A stretch of DNA of 64,000 nt, taken from assembly GCA_965261085.1 (NCBI GenBank), contig OZ253442.1, forward strand, positions 3,040,001-3,104,000, in the 5' to 3' direction. The notes under the pieces were generated by a model, which was not told the DNA's origin, searched no databases, and saw only the letters and a program-made list of their open reading frames with translations. The position numbers were made by a program, and so were the translations under genes. This document shows positions 38,407 to 48,068 of this stretch, piece after piece. How positions within the stretch are numbered: the first letter of the stretch is position 1; every line of letters begins with the position of its first letter. Source of the DNA: a bacterium. Its GTDB lineage: Bacteria; UBA8248.

Positions 38407-39534
38407 ATGCCATCACATCTACTTGAACGAATGAAGACGCTGTGTTCCCTGCCCGGCCCGCCGGGTCATGAGGGCGCCGTGAGAGACGCTATCGCGGAAA
38501 TGGTGAAAGGGAGCGCGAATGAACTGCGCCGCGACCCTATCGGGAACCTCATCGCCTGTCACGAAGCGAACGAGGCGGCGCCGCACCTGCTCCTGGAATG
38601 CCATATGGACGAGGTGGGCCTCATCGTCACGCGCGTGGAGGCGGGCGGCGCGATTCGCTTCGAAAAAGTGGGCCTCGTGGCCGATGCGATTTTCCCGGGA
38701 CGCGAGGTCGCCCTCCTGACGCTGGACGGGAACCTTCACCGCGGGGTCGTCAACGTGCGCAGCGGACATCTCCAATCCTTACAGGGCCAGGAACACCCCG
38801 GCATCGAGGAGATGTGGATAGACTTAGGCGCTTCGGACGATGCGCCGATTCGCGCGCTCGGCATCGAGGCGGGCACGCCGGGCGTGTTCCACAGCCCCTT
38901 CACGCAGCTACCCGGAGGAGCCTGGAAGTCGAAGGCGGTGGACAACCGCTCGGGCTGCGCCCTGTGCGTGGAGGCGTTTATCAACACGGCCAACTCGCTC
39001 TCGGACAAGCTCCGCCTGAGCGCCGCCTTTTGCGCCCAAGAAGAAATCGGCGGACGCGGTGCTTCGGTGCTTTCCGTGGATGAGACGGGAGCCGAACCGC
39101 CCTTTCTCGCCATCGTGCTCGACAACGTGCCATCAGACGGCCCGGGCCGCTCCGACGCGCGCGGGTCGAAAATCGGGGCGGGGCCGGTTTTGAGGAGATA
39201 CGACCACCAGCCCACGAGCCTCTATGGCTACATCACCCCGCCCGAGCTGATTCAGTGGGTGAAAGACACGGCGAGCGACGCCCACGTGCCCCTGCAAGAA
39301 GACGTGTTCGTGGGCACTTTTCTCGATTCCACCACCTTGAGCAAATCCCGGCCGGGCGGACTGCCCACCGTGCCGATCAATCTGCCCAGGCGCTATTCCC
39401 ACAGTCCGGTGGAGACGTTCATGGAATCGGACCTGGAAGCCACAGCAGCGCTCATCGGCGCCCTGCTCCGCTCCGCCGCCGAGGGAGGAGCGCCGAATCT
39501 GAGGCGGGACTATTTATCGCCCTCTGATGCGTGA
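38407..39534 (+). CDS. M42 family metallopeptidase
   Basis: HMDEVG, KAVDNR.G, QEEIG.RGA, RYSHSPVE. Confidence 0.88.
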   Translation: MPSHLLERMKTLCSLPGPPGHEGAVRDAIAEMVKGSANELRRDPIGNLIACHEANEAAPHLLLECHMDEVGLIVTRVEAGGAIRFEKVGLVADAIFPGREVALLTLDGNLHRGVVNVRSGHLQSLQGQEHPGIEEMWIDLGASDDAPIRALGIEAGTPGVFHSPFTQLPGGAWKSKAVDNRSGCALCVEAFINTANSLSDKLRLSAAFCAQEEIGGRGASVLSVDETGAEPPFLAIVLDNVPSDGPGRSDARGSKIGAGPVLRRYDHQPTSLYGYITPPELIQWVKDTASDAHVPLQEDVFVGTFLDSTTLSKSRPGGLPTVPINLPRRYSHSPVETFMESDLEATAALIGALLRSAAEGGAPNLRRDYLSPSDA

Positions 39535-39571
39535 AAACCTAAGAAGCCCACATTTTGGAGAAAAGAAACCT

Positions 39572-40423
39572 GTGTCGAAAGTGATCCGCGTCGCCCATAG
39601 CCCCGATTCGGACGATGCCTTCATGTTTCACGCCCTGGCGAACGAGAAGATCGCCCAGGGGGCTTATGAATTCATCCATGAACTCCACGACATCGAAACG
39701 CTGAACCAAGCCGCTTTAGAGGGCAAATACGAGGTGAGCGCCATCAGCTTTCACGCATATTGCCACCTGGCCGATCACTACGCCATTTTACCGCACGGGG
39801 CAAGTTTTGGAGATAATTACGGCCCCGTCATCATCTCACGCGAGCCGATGACGCCCGAAGCGCTCCGGGACGTGGAAATCGCCATCCCCGGCCTGCTGAC
39901 GACTGCCTATCTCACGCTCCGCCTGTATATGGGAGGCGAGGAGCCGAAACATCGCGTGGTGCATTTCGACCAAATCATGGACGAGGTGAAAAAGGGAGCT
40001 TCGCCGGCGGGTCTTCTGATACACGAGGGCCAGCTCACCTATGAGGAGGAGGGCTTCCACCTCGTGGAGGATCTCGGCAAGTGGTGGATGCGCGAAACCG
40101 GAGGCCCCCTGCCCCTGGGATGCAACGTCATCCGAAAAGACTTAGGACCCGAGGTCGTGGGCGAGGTGAGCCGACTGCTTCACCAGAGCATCGTCTATGC
40201 TCTCGAGAACCGAGACGAGGCGCTCGACCACGCCATGGCCTACGCCAGAGATTTGCCGCGCGAGAAGGCGGACGTTTTCGTCAGCATGTACGTGAACGAG
40301 TGGACGCGCTCATACGGCGACGCCGGGCGCAAGGCCGTCTCCACCCTGTTGAGCCGCGCAGCGGAGGTGGGCATCATACCCGAAAGGATAGAGCCGGAGT
40401 TCGTATCCTCACCCACTGACTGA
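39572..40423 (+). CDS. mqnD: 1,4-dihydroxy-6-naphthoate synthase (MqnD family)
   Basis: HSPDSDDAFMF, DIETLN, YGP, LIHEGQL, PLPLG, MYVN. Confidence 0.85.
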   Translation: MSKVIRVAHSPDSDDAFMFHALANEKIAQGAYEFIHELHDIETLNQAALEGKYEVSAISFHAYCHLADHYAILPHGASFGDNYGPVIISREPMTPEALRDVEIAIPGLLTTAYLTLRLYMGGEEPKHRVVHFDQIMDEVKKGASPAGLLIHEGQLTYEEEGFHLVEDLGKWWMRETGGPLPLGCNVIRKDLGPEVVGEVSRLLHQSIVYALENRDEALDHAMAYARDLPREKADVFVSMYVNEWTRSYGDAGRKAVSTLLSRAAEVGIIPERIEPEFVSSPTD

Positions 40424-40440
40424 AAAGCGGAGGCGGATTC

Positions 40441-40824
40441 ATGCTGGAGGGAATGCACCACATATCCATCAGCGTCGATGACCTGGAGGAAGCGCGCGAA
40501 TTTTACGCCGCTCTACTGGAACTCGCGGAAATCGACCGCCCGAACCTGCCGAATCCCGGCTACTGGTTCCAGGCGGGCGCCTGCCAGCTTCATCTGACGG
40601 GACGCCGGGACCGGGCGAGCGAAACGTCCATTCCGGGCACCGGGGCCGGAGAAACGCATTTCGCCTTCGCGGCGTCTGATCTGGAACCCGTAAAACGAAG
40701 GCTCGAGATTGCGGGCGTGGACGTGAAAGACGGAATCAACACCGGGCTGGGATTGCGGCAACTGTTCTTCAGAGACCCCTCGGACAACCTCGTCGAGGTA
40801 TTCTGCACGCTGGACGAGTCATGA
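40441..40824 (+). CDS. VOC/glyoxalase family protein
   Basis: HHISI.V.DL, QLHL, HFAF, FFRDPSDNLVE. Confidence 0.85.
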   Translation: MLEGMHHISISVDDLEEAREFYAALLELAEIDRPNLPNPGYWFQAGACQLHLTGRRDRASETSIPGTGAGETHFAFAASDLEPVKRRLEIAGVDVKDGINTGLGLRQLFFRDPSDNLVEVFCTLDES

Positions 40825-40828
40825 CACC

Positions 40829-41254
40829 ATGAAACGAAACAGATTTCATCTGGCCGGGGCCGTGCCCTGGCGAAAGATAGAAGATGGGCTGGAAATCCTC
40901 CTCATCACCACGCGCGACAGACCGTTTAGCGACGACCCCTGGTGGATAGTGCCCCAAGGGGGCGTGGAACCGGGGCAAACCGCTCAAGAAGCCGCCATCG
41001 TCGAAACTTGGGAAGAAAGCGGTGTTCGCGGAGTGGCGTCAGACGAGCCCATTGCGCGTTATGAATACGACATCGGCGCGGGCAGGTGTAAAGTCGACAT
41101 CTTCGAAATAGAGGTCGAAGTCGTCGAGGACGACTGGCCCGAGAGCCACGAGAGAAGGCGCGTCTGGCTCTCCGCCGAGGACGCTCTGGAAACCATCTCG
41201 GGAGAAACGCTCCGAAGTATCCTGAGAGAATTCCTGAGGAGAAAGGGACTTTAG
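40829..41254 (+). CDS. NUDIX hydrolase
   Basis: P.GG.EPG....AA..E.WEESG; WPE..ERRR.W. Confidence 0.88.
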   Translation: MKRNRFHLAGAVPWRKIEDGLEILLITTRDRPFSDDPWWIVPQGGVEPGQTAQEAAIVETWEESGVRGVASDEPIARYEYDIGAGRCKVDIFEIEVEVVEDDWPESHERRRVWLSAEDALETISGETLRSILREFLRRKGL

Positions 41255-41946
41255 GGCCTTCGCGCCGCGATGAGCGCGCGGTTGTAATGGAGATACAAGG
41301 GCGCGGCTCTAAAGCCTGCGGCCGCAAGCCACGCGACATGCTCATCCAGGCTTGGGGGGTAATCATCCTTACCCCCGTAGCGCTCGCGATACTCACCGAA
41401 CGTCATCGGCGCATCCACACCCCGGTTCAAACGATTCCACACACGCTCATATTCAGCGGGCAAGTCGTCAAAGCGCGGATCGACCCGATCGAGTATGTAA
41501 AAAGCACCCCCCGGGCGGAGGAGTTCAAACACTTTTTTATAGACCGCCCGCTTCCTGTCGTGGGTAATTTCATGCAAGGCCTGGCTGCTGAAGACGGCCG
41601 CGTAGGGCGCATGGAGAAATTCGACCGCTTCCAAATCGTTCATATCACCTAGAATCGGTTGATATCTCCCCGCATAAGCGCATAAACGCTCCGAGGCGAG
41701 CTTCAACATCTCCTCCGAACTATCGAGACACGCCACCCTCGCATGGGGGATGCGCTCTAAAATGAGGGCTTCCACCTGGCCCGAGCCTGCGCCCAAGTCC
41801 AGAATCCACCCATCCTCCGTTCCCACTCCCTCCAGCAGTGTGATGAGCAGATCGAGTTGATTCGCCCGGTCGGGATTGTCTCGCGCGGCGTTCACCGCAT
41901 CCCAGTTCTGGACGAAACCCTCCTCCCCCCAGGCGTCTTTCGCCAT
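41251..41946 (-). CDS. Class I SAM-dependent methyltransferase
   Basis: ILDLGAGSG, LDSS..ML, LRPGG; TAATG coupling to the upstream gene. Confidence 0.85.
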   Translation of the reverse strand: MAKDAWGEEGFVQNWDAVNAARDNPDRANQLDLLITLLEGVGTEDGWILDLGAGSGQVEALILERIPHARVACLDSSEEMLKLASERLCAYAGRYQPILGDMNDLEAVEFLHAPYAAVFSSQALHEITHDRKRAVYKKVFELLRPGGAFYILDRVDPRFDDLPAEYERVWNRLNRGVDAPMTFGEYRERYGGKDDYPPSLDEHVAWLAAAGFRAAPLYLHYNRALIAARRP

Positions 41947-43328
41947 TAAGCGCCCCTGCACGCGCTCATCAAGGCGTTTGCGTCCGGCGCCGTTTCGAAC
42001 GCCACGACGGCCTCCACGGCGGAATCGACATTGCTCTCAGGCAGGACGCGGCGCGCGTTTCCGCGAAACTTGGCTTCGACGTCTTCCCATTCCATCGGGT
42101 TTTCAGGGTTTCCCCAGTTAATGGGTTCATCGCGCTCCAGGACGCGGCCGTCTTTGAGCGTCATCTTCACGCCGCCGTGCAGGTACCTGGGGAAGCGATC
42201 GGAATCCACGCCGGAGCACCGCACCTTTCCGGCCAGTTCGAGTACCTGGGCGTCGCCCAGATGTTTTTCCTCGAAATCATCGAGCGTGGCCCGGCCCTTC
42301 ACCACGTTGACCGCCAGGCAATAGGGCAGGCTGAAAAGCGCCGCATACTGCGTATTGGGCTTTCGCTTGTGTTCGATGGGCTCACACACGATGTGGAGAA
42401 TCGGCTCGGGCGTGATGGTCTCGATCTCATCGATTTCATCGAGAGAGATGCCCGCCTCGCGCACCAGATTTTTCGCCGCATCCATCGTCGCATGGTTAAA
42501 ATGGCAGCAAGGATAGGGTTTGAACGAAATACGCAGCGTCTCCCAGCGCTCGCCGAGTCCGCCCGCCAGGATTTCCGGGTCATAGTCCGGATCGCTCAGA
42601 TGGGTGGCGTAGAGGCCGAACCTGCCCTCAAAGACTTTTCGGGGGCCCATGAACCCGTGGCCAGCCATCTGCGCGGCGGTGACGCCCGCATGAGAGGCCC
42701 AGCCCGGATGAAAGCGCTTCACCCAGCTTCCGTCATCCAGAAACTCCTGAATCCCCGCCGCCTGGCTCCCGCACACGCCGAACGCATTGGCGATCTCCGC
42801 CGGTGCGTGCCGCATCAGACGCCCCATGATGGCGGCCGCCCCGAAAGCGCCGCATATGGGCGTGGCGTGGTAGCCCTCGGCATGAAACGCACCCGGCACC
42901 GCGCCGCCGATTCTGGCGATGACCTCATAGCCCACCACCATGGCCGCGAGGATATCCTCCCCGCTCGCGCCCACGGCTTCACCCGCGGCCAGGGCCGTGG
43001 GCACCACACAGGCGCTCATGTGGGTGATGGAATCCGTATGGGTGTCGTCGAAATCAAGGCCGTGCACGTAGCTGCCGTTCACCATGGCGGCGTGCGCGAC
43101 CGGCAGCTTGTCCCCGTAGCGCCAAACGGTGGCCTGGGGGTTGCCGCCCCAATCGCGCGCCGTTTTCGTCACCGCATCGGCGTAGGGCTCCCGTGTCGCG
43201 GCCAGGCCTATCCCCAGGGCGTCGAGAAGATGGTGTTTCGCCTTCTCGACCACCTGCTCGGGAATGTCTTCATAAGATAAGTTCGCGGTGAAACGCGCCA
43301 GCTTGTCGCTCATCGTTTCCATTTTCAT
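41946..43328 (-). CDS. MmgE/PrpD family protein
   Basis: HGLDFDDTH, KRFHPGWA, KPYPCCHFNH, FSLPY, G.PENP. Confidence 0.9.
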   Translation of the reverse strand: MKMETMSDKLARFTANLSYEDIPEQVVEKAKHHLLDALGIGLAATREPYADAVTKTARDWGGNPQATVWRYGDKLPVAHAAMVNGSYVHGLDFDDTHTDSITHMSACVVPTALAAGEAVGASGEDILAAMVVGYEVIARIGGAVPGAFHAEGYHATPICGAFGAAAIMGRLMRHAPAEIANAFGVCGSQAAGIQEFLDDGSWVKRFHPGWASHAGVTAAQMAGHGFMGPRKVFEGRFGLYATHLSDPDYDPEILAGGLGERWETLRISFKPYPCCHFNHATMDAAKNLVREAGISLDEIDEIETITPEPILHIVCEPIEHKRKPNTQYAALFSLPYCLAVNVVKGRATLDDFEEKHLGDAQVLELAGKVRCSGVDSDRFPRYLHGGVKMTLKDGRVLERDEPINWGNPENPMEWEDVEAKFRGNARRVLPESNVDSAVEAVVAFETAPDANALMSACRGA

Positions 43329-43354
43329 CTCCTGATCTTGAATCCGGCTCTGCT

Positions 43355-44719
43355 CTAGGCGAGATGCGCCACCAGCGCGCTCATCGTCTCCACCTCATCC
43401 AGGCCTGAAATGGCCTCTATCAACGCGTCTTGTGAACCAGGCGGAATCACGCCGCCCGTAATTTGCCTGAACTTTCCCGCCACCATGCCGAAATCCATCG
43501 GGTTTTGAGGTGACCCCTTGGGACCCGCGACACGGATATTGAGTTCACGACCGTCATGGGTGCGAATCGCCACTTTCGCGGGAAAGGTTTTGGGATAGAG
43601 TTGCTCGATCTCGGGGTCCACCGTGAAGCGCGCCCTCCGGGCGAGGCTCACCAACTCCGGGTCGGCGATGCGCTCGGGCGCGAACTGCTCGGGCCCCGCC
43701 TGCCCGTCGGTGAGCGCCACCGCGGCGCAATACTCGATGTTCATCTGCGCGCGGAGCGAACTGACGGGCTCATAGCGCCAGGAGCATTGTTGCTTCACCA
43801 CGCTGTGATTCATGATCTCCATTTCCCGCACGTCATCGGGCGCAACGCCATGCTCCCTGCGCAGAGCGAGAACGGCGTCAATCGTCGAATGGGTGCTTCC
43901 GCAGCAGCAATAGGGTTTGAAGGAAACGCCTTCCGTCTCCCAAAACGCGCCCAAATCCTTCGTCAGAGGTTCGGGATCCCCACAGCCGCTGAATGCCCGT
44001 ATAAAACCCCCGTCCTCGTACTCGAAAATCTCCTTGGGGCCCGTATAACCCCTCCCGGCGAGGGAGGCGGCCATGAAGCCGCTTTGGGCCGCGCGGCCCG
44101 CGTGAAAGCGCTTCGTCTCCGAGCCGTCGCACTGAAAAGCCCATGTTCCCGCACCCTGCGTCCCCGCCAACCCCAAAGCGTTGGCCGTTTGCTCGGGGTT
44201 TAGTTTCATCAGATGCGCAGCGGCAGCCGCCGCGCCAAAGGGGCCGCACAGGCCCGTGAGATGAAATCCTCGCCTACGCACCTCCAGGGCGTCGGCCGCG
44301 ATACTCGCGCGGATCATGGTTTCATAACCCACGGCGCAGGCGGTCATAAAGGCCTCACCACTCGCCCCCATCTTCTCTGCAAGCGGAAAAGCTGCGGCGA
44401 AAACCACCGCACTCGGGTGGAGCTTGGCGCCGCTATGGTAATCATCCAACTCGAACGCGTGCATCCAGGTGCCCAGGCAAAGCGCGACAGGCCCCACCGG
44501 CCCGCGCCATGCGTTTCTCCAGAGGGTGGCTACCGCGTTTCCGCCTTGTTCCTGAATGAAGCCGGACAGTATTCGCCCCGATTCGGTGGTCGTTCCGTAC
44601 AAACCGCAACCGACGGCATCCAGAAAATACTTGCCGATGCAGGCGCGCAAATTATCGGATAAATCATCATAGGAAGTTTCACTGATGAATCGCGCGAGTT
44701 CGCGCGTTTGGCCGTTCAT
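43355..44719 (-). CDS. MmgE/PrpD family protein
   Basis: HAFELDD.H..LHP, GFHLTG, KRFHAG, KPYCCC, PKGSPQNP. Confidence 0.9.
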   Translation of the reverse strand: MNGQTRELARFISETSYDDLSDNLRACIGKYFLDAVGCGLYGTTTESGRILSGFIQEQGGNAVATLWRNAWRGPVGPVALCLGTWMHAFELDDYHSGAKLHPSAVVFAAAFPLAEKMGASGEAFMTACAVGYETMIRASIAADALEVRRRGFHLTGLCGPFGAAAAAAHLMKLNPEQTANALGLAGTQGAGTWAFQCDGSETKRFHAGRAAQSGFMAASLAGRGYTGPKEIFEYEDGGFIRAFSGCGDPEPLTKDLGAFWETEGVSFKPYCCCGSTHSTIDAVLALRREHGVAPDDVREMEIMNHSVVKQQCSWRYEPVSSLRAQMNIEYCAAVALTDGQAGPEQFAPERIADPELVSLARRARFTVDPEIEQLYPKTFPAKVAIRTHDGRELNIRVAGPKGSPQNPMDFGMVAGKFRQITGGVIPPGSQDALIEAISGLDEVETMSALVAHLA

Positions 44720-44728
44720 TCTCTCACC

Positions 44729-45604
44729 TCATTCCTTGGGCAGATACTCTGCTTCTATCGCATGATAGGCGTCATAATCGAGGAGTCGATAGAGTTCCTT
44801 GCGCGTCATCATGTTGTCTTGATAGCCCGCCATCGTGCCCTTTTCCTTAAGTTCATCGAGCAGCAATTCACCCGCCCTGAGCATCACGCGCATGATGCTC
44901 ACCGGAAACAGGACGAGTTTATACCCCATCTCCTCGAAATCCGTTTTGGAGATATGGGGTGTCTTGCCGAACTCCGTCATGTTGGCGAGCAGAGGACCCG
45001 GACAACGCTCGGCATATTCGATGAATTCATCGCGCGTCTCGAGCGCTTCGATGAAGATGACGTCGGCCCCGGCGTCCAGCGCGGCTTTGCCGCGCTCCAC
45101 GGCCTCTTCCATCCCATACACATACTTGGCGTCGACGCGCGCCATGATGGCGAAATCCGGATCCGTGCGATGGGCCACGGCGGCGCGAATTTTCCCTATA
45201 AATTCCTCGCGGCTCACCACCTGCTTCCCGTCCAGGTGGCCGCACCGCTTGGGCAGCACCTGGTCTTCTATCTGAATACACGCCACGCCCGCCCGCTCGA
45301 AATCACGCACCGTGCGCACGACGTTCACCGCATTTCCGTAGCCGGTATCCACGTCCACCACCAGCGGCAGGTCCACGGCGTCCGCTATGTACCTCGCGTT
45401 CATGAGCACTTCGCTAGAGGACGCCAACCCATTGTCGGGCAGACCCGCGAGGGCATTCACTACGCCCGCCCCCGACATGTAGACGGCTTCGAATCCTTTG
45501 GAGGCGATGAGTCTGGCCGTCAGGGCGTCGTGCGCACCGGGGATGATCGTCGCTCCCGGGCGTTCGAGGATTTCTTTGAATTTTTTTCGCACAGAACCGG
45601 CCAT
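44729..45604 (-). CDS. prpB: Methylisocitrate lyase / ICL-PEP mutase family
   Basis: YMSGAG, GLPD, DVDTGYG, IEDQ..PKRCGH, ANMTEFGKTP; start placed at ATG 45604. Confidence 0.8.
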   Translation of the reverse strand: MAGSVRKKFKEILERPGATIIPGAHDALTARLIASKGFEAVYMSGAGVVNALAGLPDNGLASSSEVLMNARYIADAVDLPLVVDVDTGYGNAVNVVRTVRDFERAGVACIQIEDQVLPKRCGHLDGKQVVSREEFIGKIRAAVAHRTDPDFAIMARVDAKYVYGMEEAVERGKAALDAGADVIFIEALETRDEFIEYAERCPGPLLANMTEFGKTPHISKTDFEEMGYKLVLFPVSIMRVMLRAGELLLDELKEKGTMAGYQDNMMTRKELYRLLDYDAYHAIEAEYLPKE

Positions 45605-45875
45605 AGGTCCTTCCTTCCCGGACAACGTAGATGAATATGCCATCCGCTCGATGAATTTCTGCGAAAAGTCCGCTTCTTGCCGAACCCCATCTTCGCTATT
45701 GATACGGATGAACTTATCCGCCACCCTGGTTTCGAGGCAAGCGCCATTTATTTTTTCATACCATCTTGTGATCCCGCCAGAGCCTGGAGCCAACCGAGCC
45801 TTGACAAACAGCCGACGAAAAGTGACATAATTTGAGCGGCCATTGTGTTTGGCTGCGGGGGGGGGGGGACGCCGA

Positions 45876-46412
45876 ATGGCGAGTGAATCCGAAGACGTGA
45901 ATTTCAATGAAAAATATAAAGACGAAGCGAGAATCAACTCCGATCTCAAGCACGCCCTGGAGCTTCTGAGCGAAGGAGGCGTCGCCCAATCGAAGGGAGA
46001 CCTCGACAAAGCCATCGAATTGTATCGAAACTCCATCGCCTACTACCCCACCGCGGACGCGCACACCTATCTGGGCTGGATGTACAGCAAGCAGGGCCGC
46101 CTGGAGGAAGCGATCGAAGAGTGCCACATGGCCATCGAAGTCGACGATGAGTTCGGAAACCCATACAACGACATCGGTTGCTATCTCATGCAGTTGGGCG
46201 AACTCGACGAGGCTGCCGGGTGGCTCGAGAAAGCGAAATCCGCACCGAGGTACGAGCCGCGCCATTTCCCCTACATGAACCTGGGACGCATCTACGTGCA
46301 ACAAAAAGAATACGGCAAGGCGCAAGGGGAGATTTACGAGGCCATCAAGCGCGCACCCGAACTGGATAGTCTGAAAAAAAACTTCCTGGAGCTTGTCTCG
46401 CTCCTCAACTGA
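45876..46412 (+). CDS. TPR repeat protein
   Basis: A..YLG, FGNPYNDIG.YL, YMNLG helical repeats. Confidence 0.85.
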   Translation: MASESEDVNFNEKYKDEARINSDLKHALELLSEGGVAQSKGDLDKAIELYRNSIAYYPTADAHTYLGWMYSKQGRLEEAIEECHMAIEVDDEFGNPYNDIGCYLMQLGELDEAAGWLEKAKSAPRYEPRHFPYMNLGRIYVQQKEYGKAQGEIYEAIKRAPELDSLKKNFLELVSLLN

Positions 46413-46422
46413 ACATGAACAC

Positions 46423-46453
46423 AAAAAAAGCCGGCCGCGAAGGCCGGCTTTTT
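46423..46453. terminator. Bidirectional intrinsic terminator
   Basis: A7-GCCGGCC-GCGAA-GGCCGGC-T5 between convergent genes. Confidence 0.88.
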
Positions 46454-46479
46454 CATTTTTTCTTTTTGCCGCTCAAAAA

Positions 46480-46932
46480 CTAGCCGGGAATCTTGTCCCT
46501 CGTATCCTCTTCCATCCATTCGTTTTCCACATAGATCGTCTTTGCGGCGTCCCGGTTGGGACAATTGCCATAGGTGAAGACGAGTTCGGCATCTTCTGTT
46601 TCACTCGGGTTGTAGAGGCCGTGAATCTCACCCGCCGCGCAATAGACGAACGTGCCTGTGGGCACCGTGTGTTCTTCCCTGTCCTCCCCCATCCAGACGA
46701 TAATCGGACCTTTGACGATGTAGAACGTCGCGTCGCATACGTGGTAGTGCCTCTGGTTGCGGCCCTGGGGCGGAATGATGGTGCGCCCCATCGTGATGGT
46801 TTGGGTGCCGGTGGCATTGCTGTCCACGCCCCATGCGATGATGAGGGGCGGTTCATATTTCTTGTCTACGCCGATGGCCGTGGAATCAATGAGACACCAG
46901 CGCTGTTTGGTAGGTGCGGATAAAACAGACAT
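46480..46932 (-). CDS. Cupin domain protein
   Basis: RHYH, G.F......EIH...N; AAGGAG RBS before ATG 46932. Confidence 0.8.
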   Translation of the reverse strand: MSVLSAPTKQRWCLIDSTAIGVDKKYEPPLIIAWGVDSNATGTQTITMGRTIIPPQGRNQRHYHVCDATFYIVKGPIIVWMGEDREEHTVPTGTFVYCAAGEIHGLYNPSETEDAELVFTYGNCPNRDAAKTIYVENEWMEEDTRDKIPG

Positions 46933-47042
46933 GTGAACTCCTTTTGATTGGAGACGATATAAAAATTCCCGTTCTCTCGAAGGCCGCATAATCTAGGCGC
47001 TCGGCTCTCAGAGCGCAAGAGCGGCGATGATTTAATAGAGGT

Positions 47043-48056
47043 TCACCCTTCCAGGAATAGCTGAACCTCGCTCAAAAGCTCCATCCTCCGTTTTTCCAGC
47101 TCCATGAAATGCGTGCCGTCGTTGATGATGACGTAGCGCTTGCCCCGGCTGTTGGAAAGCGCTTTATACAGCCCCCAGGTCTCCGGATCGGCCGAGGCGC
47201 CATCCTGATCACCCCGGATGAGCAGAACGGGACACGTTATCCTGCTCGCATCATAGAGGGGTATGTTCCTCGCCCGATCATATAAATCCGCCAAGGAGCC
47301 GTTCGCCAGCCGAAACGAGGGCGTCTTGCGTTTGGCCCCCTCCGGGTCATAGCGGAGGAGTTCTCGAAAATACGCCTTGAGCACTTTGGGTTCGCGCCAT
47401 TTGTGGTGGGCATTCCCTGGTATATGGCCCCACCAGCGCTTGTGCACGTCTTTTTCCGTGCACCACGACCACGCGCCTCGCCTCGCGTCGAATTCCCCGG
47501 GCTTTGGGGGGTCTTCCATCTGTTTCGCGCGCACGGGATTGTCATAGGCGTAATAGGGCGCATACAGCACGAGTTTCTGCACATGCGACATATTATCGGC
47601 CGCGTAGGCCGGCCCCGTCGTCGTCCCCCACGAACGACCCAGGATGCTGAGCTTGCTCACGCCCCGCCGCTCGCAGATGAAATCGACCGCCGCCTTGATG
47701 TCCCTCACGGCCACCTTGCCGGGTATCGCCGGAGGCTTGCCCCTGGGGTTGACGTGCATCTCCTGCGGCCAGGTCGATTCGCCAAAACCCCGAATCGAGA
47801 GTGCGAAAACATCGAACCCGCGCGAGGCGATGTAATCCATCCAAGAATAGCCTGGAACCGGGAGGTCGTAGGCCACGGGGCCGGGCGCCATCCGCCCGTG
47901 CACGATGAGGAGCGTGGCCTGATCCTCGAATTTTTTCTTGCCTTCGGGGCGTTTTTCCCTCACATGCAGCCTGATGCCGGGATCTAGCGAGTCGATGTAG
48001 TGATCGATTCGCTCCACTCCCCTCGAAGCGGCATTCTTTCGTGGCGAAGCGCTCAA
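47043..48056 (-). CDS. Alpha/beta hydrolase
   Basis: VHG, RGFG.S, nucleophile elbow GRSWG, GTHF. Confidence 0.88.
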   Translation of the reverse strand: MSASPRKNAASRGVERIDHYIDSLDPGIRLHVREKRPEGKKKFEDQATLLIVHGRMAPGPVAYDLPVPGYSWMDYIASRGFDVFALSIRGFGESTWPQEMHVNPRGKPPAIPGKVAVRDIKAAVDFICERRGVSKLSILGRSWGTTTGPAYAADNMSHVQKLVLYAPYYAYDNPVRAKQMEDPPKPGEFDARRGAWSWCTEKDVHKRWWGHIPGNAHHKWREPKVLKAYFRELLRYDPEGAKRKTPSFRLANGSLADLYDRARNIPLYDASRITCPVLLIRGDQDGASADPETWGLYKALSNSRGKRYVIINDGTHFMELEKRRMELLSEVQLFLEG

Positions 48057-48068
48057 ATCCAGATTCCC

